Origin: Erysipelotrichaceae bacterium
GTDB lineage: Bacteria; Bacillota_I; Bacilli_A; Erysipelotrichales; Erysipelotrichaceae
Length of the DNA: 64,000 nucleotides
Direction: 5' to 3'
NCBI GenBank assembly: GCA_022767445.1
Contig: JALENJ010000035.1
Location: 33,932-97,931, forward strand
Part shown: positions 1 through 8,855 of the stretch, one piece after another
Layout: every line of letters begins with the position of its first letter
Position numbering within the stretch: the stretch's first letter is position 1
Notes under the pieces: generated by a model
Databases searched by the model: none
What the model was told of the DNA's origin: nothing
The model's input: only the letters and a program-made list of their open reading frames with translations
Program-made: the position numbers and the translations under genes

Positions 1-812
1 TTCTTCAACTTGGTTAACATCTGCTCAGGAGTATCGTTTTCAATCATGTTGTAGAGATCCTTCATACTGAAATAACAACTATGATTGGAAAGCATACGCT
101 TGATACCCTCTTTTGGAACACTGAAGTATTTCTTTAAACGATAGATAATCTCAAAGTTCTCCAGCTCAATATTTGTTAAGACAAGTTCTCTCATCTTCTC
201 TTTGGCATAGTTATTGGCATATTTATCAATGGTATCTAAACATGCATCGTAATATCTTGCACGTAGACCATGTTCTAAACTGATATAGTCAATTTCCTCT
301 AACGAAGCTTGCCGGTATTGTTTCAATACATCAAAATATAAAGTATTCTTTGTAATCTCTAAGATTTCCGCAAACGATGAACTATCTGCTAAATCCTTTA
401 GGGAAAACGAAGTATATTTACTGATATATAACGGCAAAGACGAAATCATATTCTGTCGTATCACTTCATTTTCTTGATCAGATAACGAGCGAATCTTCAT
501 CAGGATTAAATCAATTTCCATCGGCATAACCATATTATGTCCAACCTGCTTTGCATTATCATCCGCATAGCGAATCAACTTTGCAAAACGATTCGTCGCA
601 CTTGTGCGAATTAGCACTTCCAGCTGGCCACGATGGATAGCCTTGGCATTGATACCCTCTAGAGAGTCCTTATACAGCGTGTGATTCTGAAGATAGGCAG
701 CAATCTCACCAACCGACTTCTTCTGCAACATCGTCGCATAATCACTGGCAGTTAATCCTTCCGCTAGCATGGCTCTTGCCTTAGCAGTAATCGCATTACT
801 TAATCCACTCAT
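1..812 (-). CDS. ntpC: V-type ATP synthase subunit C (V0 d / AC39 family), N-terminal part; the gene runs off the left edge of the window
   Basis: ATG at 810-812. The reverse translation MSGLSNAITAKARAMLAEGLTASDYATMLQKKSVGEIAAYLQNHTLYKDSLEG... showed no stop in the stretches I translated (1-60 and 661-812), ending ...DLYNMIENDTPEQMLTKLK at position 1. The N-terminal pattern matches the V-ATPase C/d family from memory. It is absent from the ORF track because its stop lies outside the window. Confidence 0.7.
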   Translation of the reverse strand, partial: MSGLSNAITAKARAMLAEGLTASDYATMLQKKSVGEIAAYLQNHTLYKDSLEGINAKAIHRGQLEVLIRTSATNRFAKLIRYADDNAKQVGHNMVMPMEIDLILMKIRSLSDQENEVIRQNMISSLPLYISKYTSFSLKDLADSSSFAEILEITKNTLYFDVLKQYRQASLEEIDYISLEHGLRARYYDACLDTIDKYANNYAKEKMRELVLTNIELENFEIIYRLKKYFSVPKEGIKRMLSNHSCYFSMKDLYNMIENDTPEQMLTKLK

Positions 813-815
813 CGA

Positions 816-1142
816 TTACTCCTTACCAATTTTGCCAATTGTATAGTCTGCAATCATCTGAATCCATTTATCTTTATTTGCGTTAAATAAATCTTGCATA
901 CGCTTGGATTCTTTTTCATACATCACTTTCGTTTCAGCTTGTTTCTTTTCATGATTCATGCGGATTTCTTCGCGCATCGATGTCACTTGTTTTTCGACAT
1001 CTGACCAAGCCTCATCCGTCAGTTTCTTTTTCTCTTCATCAATTGCCTGTTTTAGTTTATATTTCATTTCATGGGCATTCCGAATCTTTTTTCTGGTTTC
1101 TTCATCCATTGCGATAAGATCTTGAATCACTTCTATTTCCAT
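816..1142 (-). CDS. small coiled-coil protein, probably a V/A-ATPase peripheral-stalk subunit (G/H-like)
   Basis: 108 aa, very Lys/Glu-rich and predicted coiled coil. GGAGG lies upstream of the ATG (cctcc at about 1148-1152 on the plus strand). Its stop is 3 nt from the ntpC start. The call rests mainly on operon context. Confidence 0.45.
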   Translation of the reverse strand: MEIEVIQDLIAMDEETRKKIRNAHEMKYKLKQAIDEEKKKLTDEAWSDVEKQVTSMREEIRMNHEKKQAETKVMYEKESKRMQDLFNANKDKWIQMIADYTIGKIGKE

Positions 1143-1310
1143 GAGTCACCTCCCATAAGCATAAGCGCATACAATTATATTCCTTTTTAGTGTAGAATGA
1201 CATAAAAAACTTGTTAAAATCTACCAAAATTGAGCAAATACCACTCAAAACCACAAGCTCTCATTAAAAAAATAATGATATTCGCAACATTCTATCAACA
1301 CTACACATCT

Positions 1311-1351
1311 AAAAAGTCTCTAGTTATATACCCTATCAGATATATAACTAG
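1311..1351 (-). terminator. rho-independent terminator ending the yhf-type operon
   Basis: 11-bp perfect stem (ctagttatata 1320-1330 / tatataactag 1341-1351) followed on the minus strand by a T-run (aaaaa 1311-1315 on plus). It sits just downstream of the yhfW-like stop at 1361. Confidence 0.7.
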
Positions 1352-1360
1352 AAACTTCTA

Positions 1361-2578
1361 TTACTTATCACCAATCAAATCAATAAAGGATGTTCCATTC
1401 TCTGGTGCAGGAGCATCAAAGTATTCACAACAAGAAGCACCCATATCAGACATCGTCTTACGTGTTCCAATTTGAATACCGCTGTATCCTTTGCGATAGA
1501 TCAATAGAGGTACACATTCACGTGTATGCTTAGAATGTCCAATGTTTGGATCATTGCCATGATCAGCTTGTATAATTAAGATATCATCTTCATTTAATTC
1601 AGGAAGAATCTTTGCTAGACCTGCATCTGCTTGTTGTAATACTTCTACATATCGCTTGGAGTTTTGTGCATGTCCTGCCAAATCTGTTTCTTGTACATTT
1701 GTACAGATGAATCCATGATCCATCTCTTGTATAGATTTTAGTGTAATATCCATCACCTCAGGTGTAGGTACACAAGAGATGGACTTACCTAGGTCATTGG
1801 CAACGATATCTGCAACCTTACCAATGAGGGTACAAGGTATACCCATCTTTGTAAGAATTGTTGGAGCCTGTACCTCTTTATTAACGCCATATCCAAGATG
1901 TAAACATTGATATCCTTGATCATATGATTTGGATTTGGCGGAAGCGATACCGATATACTTTCCTTCTTTAATCTCTTCAGCATTGAAGAGATCCTGCATG
2001 TTGTTGCCGGTACCACCAAACACAATGACACGAGCAACAGTAGCGACATCACGTACTAACTTAGCAATTTCATACTCCTTTTCAAAACTGATATAATCCA
2101 GCGGAGCTGTTACGTTATAACACATTCCTAAATCAGCTTCTAAGTTGTCCGCAACCGTAACATATTGATCAACAACCAGATAACGTAAACCAGAACGATT
2201 GATAACATCAACATGATGCCCATGTTCTACTAAGTACTTTTCAACCTCATCCACCTTCTGTTGGAATGGCACAAATTGCGGTTTCTTAGGTTTAGTACCC
2301 ATAATTTCTTGGTGTCCCATAAAAGTATCTGCACCATTATGCATCAGCTCACTTCGCCCAAAGTTTGCTAGAGGATTGAATTTCATATTTTCACTTTCAT
2401 ATCCAAAGGCATTCATCAAGCCAAGCTTTTCAAGTGTAGGTAGCTTTAAATCTGGAAAGTCATGGAGGATAGAACGTAGTGTATTTGCATTTTCATCGCC
2501 TGCTCTTGCAAGCGCTGCATCGTGCATAGCACCTATGCCAAATCCATCTAAAACAATGATGATAAATCTCTTTGTCAT
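1361..2578 (-). CDS. yhfW: phosphopentomutase-like metalloenzyme (YhfW/DeoB family)
   Basis: 405 aa. N-terminal IIIVLDGFGIG and C-terminal IIQADHGNDP...HTRECVPLLIY match DeoB-type metal-ligand motifs. Overlaps the upstream gene by 4 nt. Confidence 0.75.
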   Translation of the reverse strand: MTKRFIIIVLDGFGIGAMHDAALARAGDENANTLRSILHDFPDLKLPTLEKLGLMNAFGYESENMKFNPLANFGRSELMHNGADTFMGHQEIMGTKPKKPQFVPFQQKVDEVEKYLVEHGHHVDVINRSGLRYLVVDQYVTVADNLEADLGMCYNVTAPLDYISFEKEYEIAKLVRDVATVARVIVFGGTGNNMQDLFNAEEIKEGKYIGIASAKSKSYDQGYQCLHLGYGVNKEVQAPTILTKMGIPCTLIGKVADIVANDLGKSISCVPTPEVMDITLKSIQEMDHGFICTNVQETDLAGHAQNSKRYVEVLQQADAGLAKILPELNEDDILIIQADHGNDPNIGHSKHTRECVPLLIYRKGYSGIQIGTRKTMSDMGASCCEYFDAPAPENGTSFIDLIGDK

Positions 2579-3732
2579 TTCTTTCCTCCAAAGCTATCGT
2601 ATAGGCCTACAATTTCCGGATGACCTGTATGTACTCCTTTTAATAGGCATACATCGCTTCTTGTCACAAACACCTGAAAGCGAAAAGCCATAATCGCTGT
2701 ATCGCCTACTGAATGTACATGTTCTAAACCAAAGTGATAATCAATGGAATCCATATTTGGTAATACAACTTTATCCAAAGTCATGCTTGCATAGGTATTA
2801 CCAACAAGACAACTTTGTATATGTCCTCTGCGATAATAACCACCACCATAGATATACGCTTTTTCATCAAGATTATGACTGACTTCCGATAGATATAACA
2901 CACATGGAATTTCATTTGTTTGATGATGAGCATGATATGGTGTTGTACCACTGAGTCCATGTCCTGGTTCAGCAGATGTAATTTCAGGATATGCATGCAT
3001 CTTTTCAATCGTATGGCAACATGTAGCAGATGGTGCATTCACATTCGTGATATGACAGCCTAAGTTTTCAAGAATTTGTTTTGCGGATAAAACTGTCTTT
3101 AGATTTTCTTGTGGTTGTATATCATTTGTCTTTTCATCATAGAGAAAGCATGGGAAACTATCGACACCTGCAATTTCTATATGTGTAAATTGCTTTGCTT
3201 GATTTACTAATTCTTCTAGTTGATGTAAGTAAAAACCTGCGGTTTGTCCACTGTAGATTAAGTCATTGTTACCGATGACACGAATACATACTTTCTGTTT
3301 CTGATTCAGCTTTGCACATGCTTGTTCAATCTGCATGAGTTTCTCAAATGAGTAAACTGTAATGTAGTCACAACCATATGCGATGATCTTTTCAATATAT
3401 CCTGTTGGTATCTGTACTAGATGACCAACATGAGCCAAGTGAAGATGATTCTTCATCATTACTTCCGCCTCTTTAAAATCCACAACAACAGCACCATGAT
3501 ATCCTATCTTTTCCAACTCTTTGGCTAGATATGGATTTCTGCCAATCTGTTTTAACATGTAGTACAGTTTAATATTCTGCTTACAAGCAGCTTCATATAT
3601 CTGCTTTGCGTTGGCTATAAATTGATCAACATCTACTACAAAAGTATCAGGTAAGATCTGCCCATTTTGGTGCAAGGATACAACAGTATCAATCAGTTGA
3701 GGATTGGTTTGATTCAATTTCTCTAGGAACAT
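2575..3732 (-). CDS. yhfX: alanine-racemase-fold (fold type III) PLP enzyme, YhfX-like
   Basis: 385 aa with a candidate PLP-lysine context YYMLKQIGRN near the N-terminus. Position next to the yhfW-like gene matches the E. coli yhf cluster. Overlaps the yhfS-like stop by 10 nt. Confidence 0.6.
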   Translation of the reverse strand: MFLEKLNQTNPQLIDTVVSLHQNGQILPDTFVVDVDQFIANAKQIYEAACKQNIKLYYMLKQIGRNPYLAKELEKIGYHGAVVVDFKEAEVMMKNHLHLAHVGHLVQIPTGYIEKIIAYGCDYITVYSFEKLMQIEQACAKLNQKQKVCIRVIGNNDLIYSGQTAGFYLHQLEELVNQAKQFTHIEIAGVDSFPCFLYDEKTNDIQPQENLKTVLSAKQILENLGCHITNVNAPSATCCHTIEKMHAYPEITSAEPGHGLSGTTPYHAHHQTNEIPCVLYLSEVSHNLDEKAYIYGGGYYRRGHIQSCLVGNTYASMTLDKVVLPNMDSIDYHFGLEHVHSVGDTAIMAFRFQVFVTRSDVCLLKGVHTGHPEIVGLYDSFGGKK

Positions 3733-4826
3733 GATTTCACCTTCTCAATACTTTGCTTTAGAATACGAATGATAGTATCTGCACCACCACGATTAGGATT
3801 GATACGAATCATTCTATCTTCCAGTGTTGGATCAGCTTCTCTAAATGTTCCTGATACTCGATAGAACATCGGCACAGCTTCATACTTAGATTCTGCCCCA
3901 ACTGGATTTGGTAATCCCCCTAGCTTCTGTGCTTCTTGTAAAACTGCTTTGGCAATATTCTCTTTCAATTCTACAAGTAACACTTTGGATTGCGCATTGG
4001 CTAAAAAAGCTTCTTTTACTTCTGGAATCTCACCAGAATTAAGACGACTAACAAGTTCTTCATTCACCTCTGCTTGTATCGCTAAAGCGACTGGTGCATA
4101 TGCAAGTCCACGTAAAACTTCCATTGCTTGTGGGCCCTGTACCTTAGAGCCTCCAGAGTAATTCATCTTTTCAATCTGATCGAGTAATTCTTTCTTACCA
4201 ACAAGTAAGCCTACCCCTTCTGGTCCAAGCAACTTAAAGCATGAGAAAGCAGAGACATCTGCACCAAGTTCAACACCTATATGTTTCACCTTCATAACTG
4301 CATAATTATCATCTGTAATAATCTGAATATCTCTTACAGATTTGATTGCCTGTATCACTTCGTGCATTTCATAACTATCCTCAATTGCCTGTCTTGTATA
4401 TTGGATCAATGCAGTATGGATATTTGGATGTTTTAACAATACTTGCTTAATATCATCTATATCATTGTAATTGGCAACGACAGGAACCAATCCCATCAAG
4501 TCCATAGATACCTTGGTTGTTGGATAGATTGGTGAGGAATGCACAAGAATCTCATCATTGGCTTTCGCCATCGCTTGTAGACCAAATCGAATCGCACCTG
4601 TACCAGAACCTGTTACTAACAATGCTTTCTCACTATGGAAATATCTAGCTAATACATTTTCAACCTTCTGTGCATACACTGGTTTATTTAAACCAGGAAC
4701 AACACCAAAATCACCAGCATTCAAAAACTCACTACCAGAAAATTCCTTCGTGATTTCATCAATCAAGCGAAACTGTTTTTCTTTCGCTTCTTCTAAAGTA
4801 ATTGACTCTAATGGATAAGTCTTCAT
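3723..4826 (-). CDS. yhfS: fold type I PLP-dependent enzyme, YhfS-like
   Basis: Start refined to ATG 4824-4826 (MKTYPLESITLEE...), with GGAGG 6 nt upstream inside the end of php. Candidate PLP lysine in SAFSCFKLLG. Cluster context. Confidence 0.6.
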   Translation of the reverse strand: MKTYPLESITLEEAKEKQFRLIDEITKEFSGSEFLNAGDFGVVPGLNKPVYAQKVENVLARYFHSEKALLVTGSGTGAIRFGLQAMAKANDEILVHSSPIYPTTKVSMDLMGLVPVVANYNDIDDIKQVLLKHPNIHTALIQYTRQAIEDSYEMHEVIQAIKSVRDIQIITDDNYAVMKVKHIGVELGADVSAFSCFKLLGPEGVGLLVGKKELLDQIEKMNYSGGSKVQGPQAMEVLRGLAYAPVALAIQAEVNEELVSRLNSGEIPEVKEAFLANAQSKVLLVELKENIAKAVLQEAQKLGGLPNPVGAESKYEAVPMFYRVSGTFREADPTLEDRMIRINPNRGGADTIIRILKQSIEKVKSCS

Positions 4827-4827
4827 A

Positions 4828-5682
4828 TTATGCCTCCAAAATCCCAGTGAAATTCTTAGATACAATTGTTGAAATATCTTCTTCCTTCACTCCTGCCTTC
4901 TCTAGCATCGGTAAAAATGTATCCACAAGATATGCATAACCAACACCACCATTCTTCTTTAGGTGACTTTGTCTTGTGATGTCCATGGACATCAATAACT
5001 GCTTTGTATAACCCTCTGCAATCAATGTCTTAATATAGTCAACGCGTACACTATCCTCCAAGTATTTCGTCTTACCAATCGTATCAAAGGCAACGTTAAA
5101 CCCATTCTTTAGTGCATAGCGTATCTCATCTAAGTCCTTAGACAATGCTACATGTGAAATAATCACTTTCTTTGGATTGATTCCATTCGCCAAAAAGAAA
5201 TCAACTTGTTCACGTATCAATGTCCCAAGTGTTGTATGTGTAATAATCACAGCGTTTGTTTTCTTTTGGGCGATAACAGCTGCTTCAAATACCTTATATT
5301 CATCAGCTGTCCACTCATGATTACTAGTACCGATTTCGCCAATCACTTTAGCACCCTTGGCGATATCGGCCAGCATAATACTAGCCAGTTCTTCAACTGT
5401 GGATGTAGTAACATATGCAGGCATGAAAGGTGTTTTATAAAAACCAGTAGAATTGATAATCTCAATTCCAACTTCCTCAAATATTTTCTTGTTGTTGTTC
5501 CAATCTACACCAATGCCATGGTTGGAACAATCCACCCATCGTACAACGCTCTTATCATGTATTTCTTTTAACTCATCTAGGCAGTCTGTATATCCATTTA
5601 ATAGACAGTCTGGATCATTCTTTCCCTTTGATAGATCAATTCTTGGATGTTCGTGTGAATAAGTTATATTCTCATATTTCAT
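4828..5682 (-). CDS. php: phosphotriesterase homology protein (amidohydrolase fold), Php/YhfV-like
   Basis: N-terminal metal motif YSHEHPRIDL (the HxH of the PTE family). Start placed at MKYENITYSHEH (5680-5682), overlapping the upstream stop. An alternative ATG lies at 5692-5694. Confidence 0.7.
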   Translation of the reverse strand: MKYENITYSHEHPRIDLSKGKNDPDCLLNGYTDCLDELKEIHDKSVVRWVDCSNHGIGVDWNNNKKIFEEVGIEIINSTGFYKTPFMPAYVTTSTVEELASIMLADIAKGAKVIGEIGTSNHEWTADEYKVFEAAVIAQKKTNAVIITHTTLGTLIREQVDFFLANGINPKKVIISHVALSKDLDEIRYALKNGFNVAFDTIGKTKYLEDSVRVDYIKTLIAEGYTKQLLMSMDITRQSHLKKNGGVGYAYLVDTFLPMLEKAGVKEEDISTIVSKNFTGILEA

Positions 5683-6658
5683 TGTTTTCACCATACCCTT
5701 TTCTAAACCATGTTTCTGGGTTTCTAAAATATCTTTCAATCAATTCATCTTGTGGAATGACTAGCTTACGCATCATCTCTAGCATTAAGCCAATCTTTCC
5801 TTCTTTTGATTCACAGATACCTACGTAACTAACACCTAACTTTGATGTCGGTATCGTGATTGCGGTAGCGTGTGCCATATTAACAACACGTATAAATCCT
5901 TTTTTCGCTGCTTGTTGTATTTGTAAAGTCCTATCATCAAAGTGACCAAAGACACTATCACCAAATCCCTCTACATCAACAGGACCTTCTTTTGAAATCA
6001 TAAAGTCAATTGTTGGTAAAACATCATTAAGATATTCTATCAATTCTTGACGAGGTCCATATCGATCTGGATACACTACTCTTTCCACTGGGAATGAATA
6101 GCATGTTTCATCATCGTTGCTTACAATGATTCTATCAATTCCTTTATCATCGAGTGATATCACCTTTTCTATGCATGCATAGAGTTTTGTCTCATCACTT
6201 GCAATAATACCAAGTGATGGTCGAAATAAAATATTATCAGTAGATAGTTTTTGATAGTGATTCATATGTTCTTCATCAATGAGATAGGAAATAAATCCAA
6301 ATAAGTTTAAGCTCATTGCTGGTGCAAGTACAGAACCTCCACCATCCGATCCAATTCCTATATCATTCATTCCTAAAAATACATTGATTGCAGTGCCTGA
6401 GGATGAACCACTCATGTACCTACCTGTAATTGGGTTAACCAACTGTAAGTCAATTGCACGACCTCCTATTGCCATATGATCAACGGTGTGCAATTGATAA
6501 GCATATGTGGAAGTAAGCTGATTGATAAATGATGGATGTATATGGGAATCATTTTTTACACCTAGTAATAGTCCATTTCCTTCTTTTACATCAAATGTGT
6601 TAACAACAGAATGAAAGGGATTTAACACAGCTAGTTTATGCATATCACTAACTTTCAT
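5672..6658 (-). CDS. short amidase-signature-like protein
   Basis: Start refined to MKVSDMHKL (6656-6658) with GGAGGT upstream. Contains GVKND..., SGSSSGTAINV and GIGSDGGGSVLAPA, which resemble the Lys / cis-Ser / nucleophile-Ser blocks of the amidase signature family. At about 328 aa it is shorter than typical family members. Confidence 0.55.
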   Translation of the reverse strand: MKVSDMHKLAVLNPFHSVVNTFDVKEGNGLLLGVKNDSHIHPSFINQLTSTYAYQLHTVDHMAIGGRAIDLQLVNPITGRYMSGSSSGTAINVFLGMNDIGIGSDGGGSVLAPAMSLNLFGFISYLIDEEHMNHYQKLSTDNILFRPSLGIIASDETKLYACIEKVISLDDKGIDRIIVSNDDETCYSFPVERVVYPDRYGPRQELIEYLNDVLPTIDFMISKEGPVDVEGFGDSVFGHFDDRTLQIQQAAKKGFIRVVNMAHATAITIPTSKLGVSYVGICESKEGKIGLMLEMMRKLVIPQDELIERYFRNPETWFRKGYGENNEI

Positions 6659-6720
6659 ATATACCTCCAAATGGATAAGCGGTATACGGTAAACAACCCG
6701 TATACCGCAAGACTTACGCA

Positions 6721-8031
6721 TTACGCTACTGGTACTAAACTAATCAATTGAAGTACTAATAAGATATTCAATAAGATTCCAAATAAGATACAAGCAACTG
6801 GACCTACAGCTAATTCAACGATTGGCTTCTTGGAAATTCTATTGAGTAGTAAGCAAGCTACAACAAATAGTGCACCTGAGCCAGTAATACCTGTAAAGGC
6901 AGCGGCCATTGCTTCAGCCGCAACAACACCACCTACAGTTAGAGCAACTTCCAATACTTTATTCATTGAAGTACGGATGTGTTCTCCCATATCCTTCATA
7001 CCCGGGAATTTATCCATTCCCTTAGCAAATACATTGATCAATGCTAATTCAACCACCATAACAATTGCACCTACAAGTGCAGCTACAAATGGGTTTCCAT
7101 GTAGGAGTAAACCTACAACGAATACGAATGTTGAACCAACAGGTCCATAAACGCCAGTTACGATAGCAGTTGTAAATACAAGTGGAATAAATCCAATTGC
7201 ACGTGCTAAGGCAACCATACCTGCTTCTGCCCATGATGATTCAGCAACAAGACCTAATGAGATAGGATCACCAGCAACAATGCCAAGTGATGTGGCCATC
7301 GCTACTAAGCCACCCATGATTGCAAGTAACCACCAATTGGAACGAATTCTCTTAACCTTGTCACCAAATGTAGATACTAACGAAGCATTTGCATCGCCTG
7401 TTCCTTTCACACTTGCTGCAAATCCAATTAAGCAAATCATACCTGCAAGCATAGCCATACCAAATCCGTTTAGAGATACCTTTGCATCACCTAAAGCAAA
7501 CTTACCGAATTTAACTGTTAATAGAAAAACGCAGAAGGTAATAATGCCTGCAATCGCACCCTTCTTGAAACCGTGTTGATATCCAACAGCTACAGCTGGG
7601 AAGATTGCAAAGGCAGCAGTTACATAAGTGGAAACTGATCCTAGACTACCTAAGAAGTTGTATGGTAGTGCTGCGAATACATTTACGATAAATTCTAGAC
7701 CAACTAAGATGCCTACTCCATAAAGTGCACCTACGACTCCTGCAACGATAGTTCCTACAAGAGAATCTGGGCAGAATGTACCAATAATGTCTGTTGTTAA
7801 TAAGATGCAGTGAATCAAAATAATCGAAGCTGCAATTGAGGTTGGAATGGCAAAACCAATTACAAGACCAAAGCTAATTGCAAAGCTCATTGTTGCTAGT
7901 TCTCTTCTGGATATCTGATTGTCATAAAATTGTGGAACAATCGGACGGAATCCATCATTGAACACAGCAATACCTTTGTTTGCGAGTATAGATGCTAGAG
8001 CACCAATCGCTGCTAAAACTAAATATCTCAT
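6721..8031 (-). CDS. yhfT: polytopic membrane protein, YhfT-like putative permease
   Basis: 436 aa, hydrophobic throughout with Gly/Ala-rich helices. Size and position next to a DUF2620-like gene match E. coli YhfT. Confidence 0.6.
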   Translation of the reverse strand: MRYLVLAAIGALASILANKGIAVFNDGFRPIVPQFYDNQISRRELATMSFAISFGLVIGFAIPTSIAASIILIHCILLTTDIIGTFCPDSLVGTIVAGVVGALYGVGILVGLEFIVNVFAALPYNFLGSLGSVSTYVTAAFAIFPAVAVGYQHGFKKGAIAGIITFCVFLLTVKFGKFALGDAKVSLNGFGMAMLAGMICLIGFAASVKGTGDANASLVSTFGDKVKRIRSNWWLLAIMGGLVAMATSLGIVAGDPISLGLVAESSWAEAGMVALARAIGFIPLVFTTAIVTGVYGPVGSTFVFVVGLLLHGNPFVAALVGAIVMVVELALINVFAKGMDKFPGMKDMGEHIRTSMNKVLEVALTVGGVVAAEAMAAAFTGITGSGALFVVACLLLNRISKKPIVELAVGPVACILFGILLNILLVLQLISLVPVA

Positions 8032-8055
8032 TTTTATCCCCTTCCTAGATATTTA

Positions 8056-8424
8056 TTATCCATTCTTCTCTTGAATGGCTTTTAACCAAACTGGTAATAC
8101 TTGTTCCATATGTTGAGACGTAAAGCCAAAAGCTATACGGCCTTCATTGACAGCAGCGATAATCTCATCATCAGGCATAATCTTTCCAGGCATGGAGATT
8201 GTCTTACATGCATTTGCGCCAAGCAATGCGATTGCCATTGCAAGCGCACCTCCACCACCTGTATTACATGCACCGATATAATAATCAAACTGACCTGCCT
8301 TCATTGCCATAACTGCATCAAGATCATTCTTTACAGCAAGTTCAACATTACCTTCACCAAAGTATTTCTCGATAAAATCACGAATCTCCTGTTTGTTAAT
8401 TTGTCCTCCAACAACAATTTTCAT
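8056..8424 (-). CDS. yhfU: DUF2620 / YhfU-like small protein with a Gly-rich Cys motif
   Basis: 122 aa. N-terminal MKIVVGGQ and the motif YYIGACNTGGGGALAMAIALLGA. Cluster context. Confidence 0.6.
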   Translation of the reverse strand: MKIVVGGQINKQEIRDFIEKYFGEGNVELAVKNDLDAVMAMKAGQFDYYIGACNTGGGGALAMAIALLGANACKTISMPGKIMPDDEIIAAVNEGRIAFGFTSQHMEQVLPVWLKAIQEKNG

Positions 8425-8435
8425 ATTGTCCTCCT

Positions 8436-8783
8436 TTACTCACTCTTTAGTAATAAGTTACACAGATGCATCAACAAGAATTTCTCTTCACTTTCAGGAA
8501 TTTCAACAGGTGCATCTTTCTTTAACTCAGCAAATAAATCCTGTGCTTCCTTAAAACTGCTAGATTGTTTCACATCATCCCAAATGGCGTCGTCTAATGT
8601 GTCAACTTCACCATTTGTTAAAATTCTTTGTACAGCCATCGCTAGATGAGTCGTAAACATTTCCATCTTTGACTCCTCATAGTGAAATGGTTCTAATTGA
8701 TCAATCACATGATTGACATATTCCGCTACAGAATCTTGAATCACTGCGGCAGAATGTAATATTTCAATTCTATCTTTTAGCAT
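8436..8783 (-). CDS. yhfY: stand-alone PRD-domain protein, YhfY-like
   Basis: 115 aa, all-helical. The segment FTTHLAMAVQRI resembles a PRD phosphorylatable-His segment. It is the first gene after the promoter at 8826-8854. Confidence 0.55.
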   Translation of the reverse strand: MLKDRIEILHSAAVIQDSVAEYVNHVIDQLEPFHYEESKMEMFTTHLAMAVQRILTNGEVDTLDDAIWDDVKQSSSFKEAQDLFAELKKDAPVEIPESEEKFLLMHLCNLLLKSE

Positions 8784-8825
8784 TCTTTCTCCAATATTCA
8801 GTATTTTGTATATTTGACTGAATTA

Positions 8826-8854
8826 ATCATATACTGATTTAAATTATTGGTCAA
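8826..8854 (-). promoter_or_regulatory. sigma-70-type promoter of the yhfY-to-yhfW operon
   Basis: Minus strand reads TTGACC (8849-8854), then a 17-nt spacer, then TATGAT (8826-8831), about 40 nt upstream of the yhfY-like ATG. Confidence 0.55.
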
Positions 8855-8855
8855 T

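Noticed and set aside
8101-8649. 182-aa plus-strand ORF, Cys/His-rich, spanning the yhfU-like and yhfY-like genes
   Set aside because: It is entirely antisense to two well-supported minus-strand genes. It has no RBS, and its odd composition is what reverse-complement reading of coding sequence produces.
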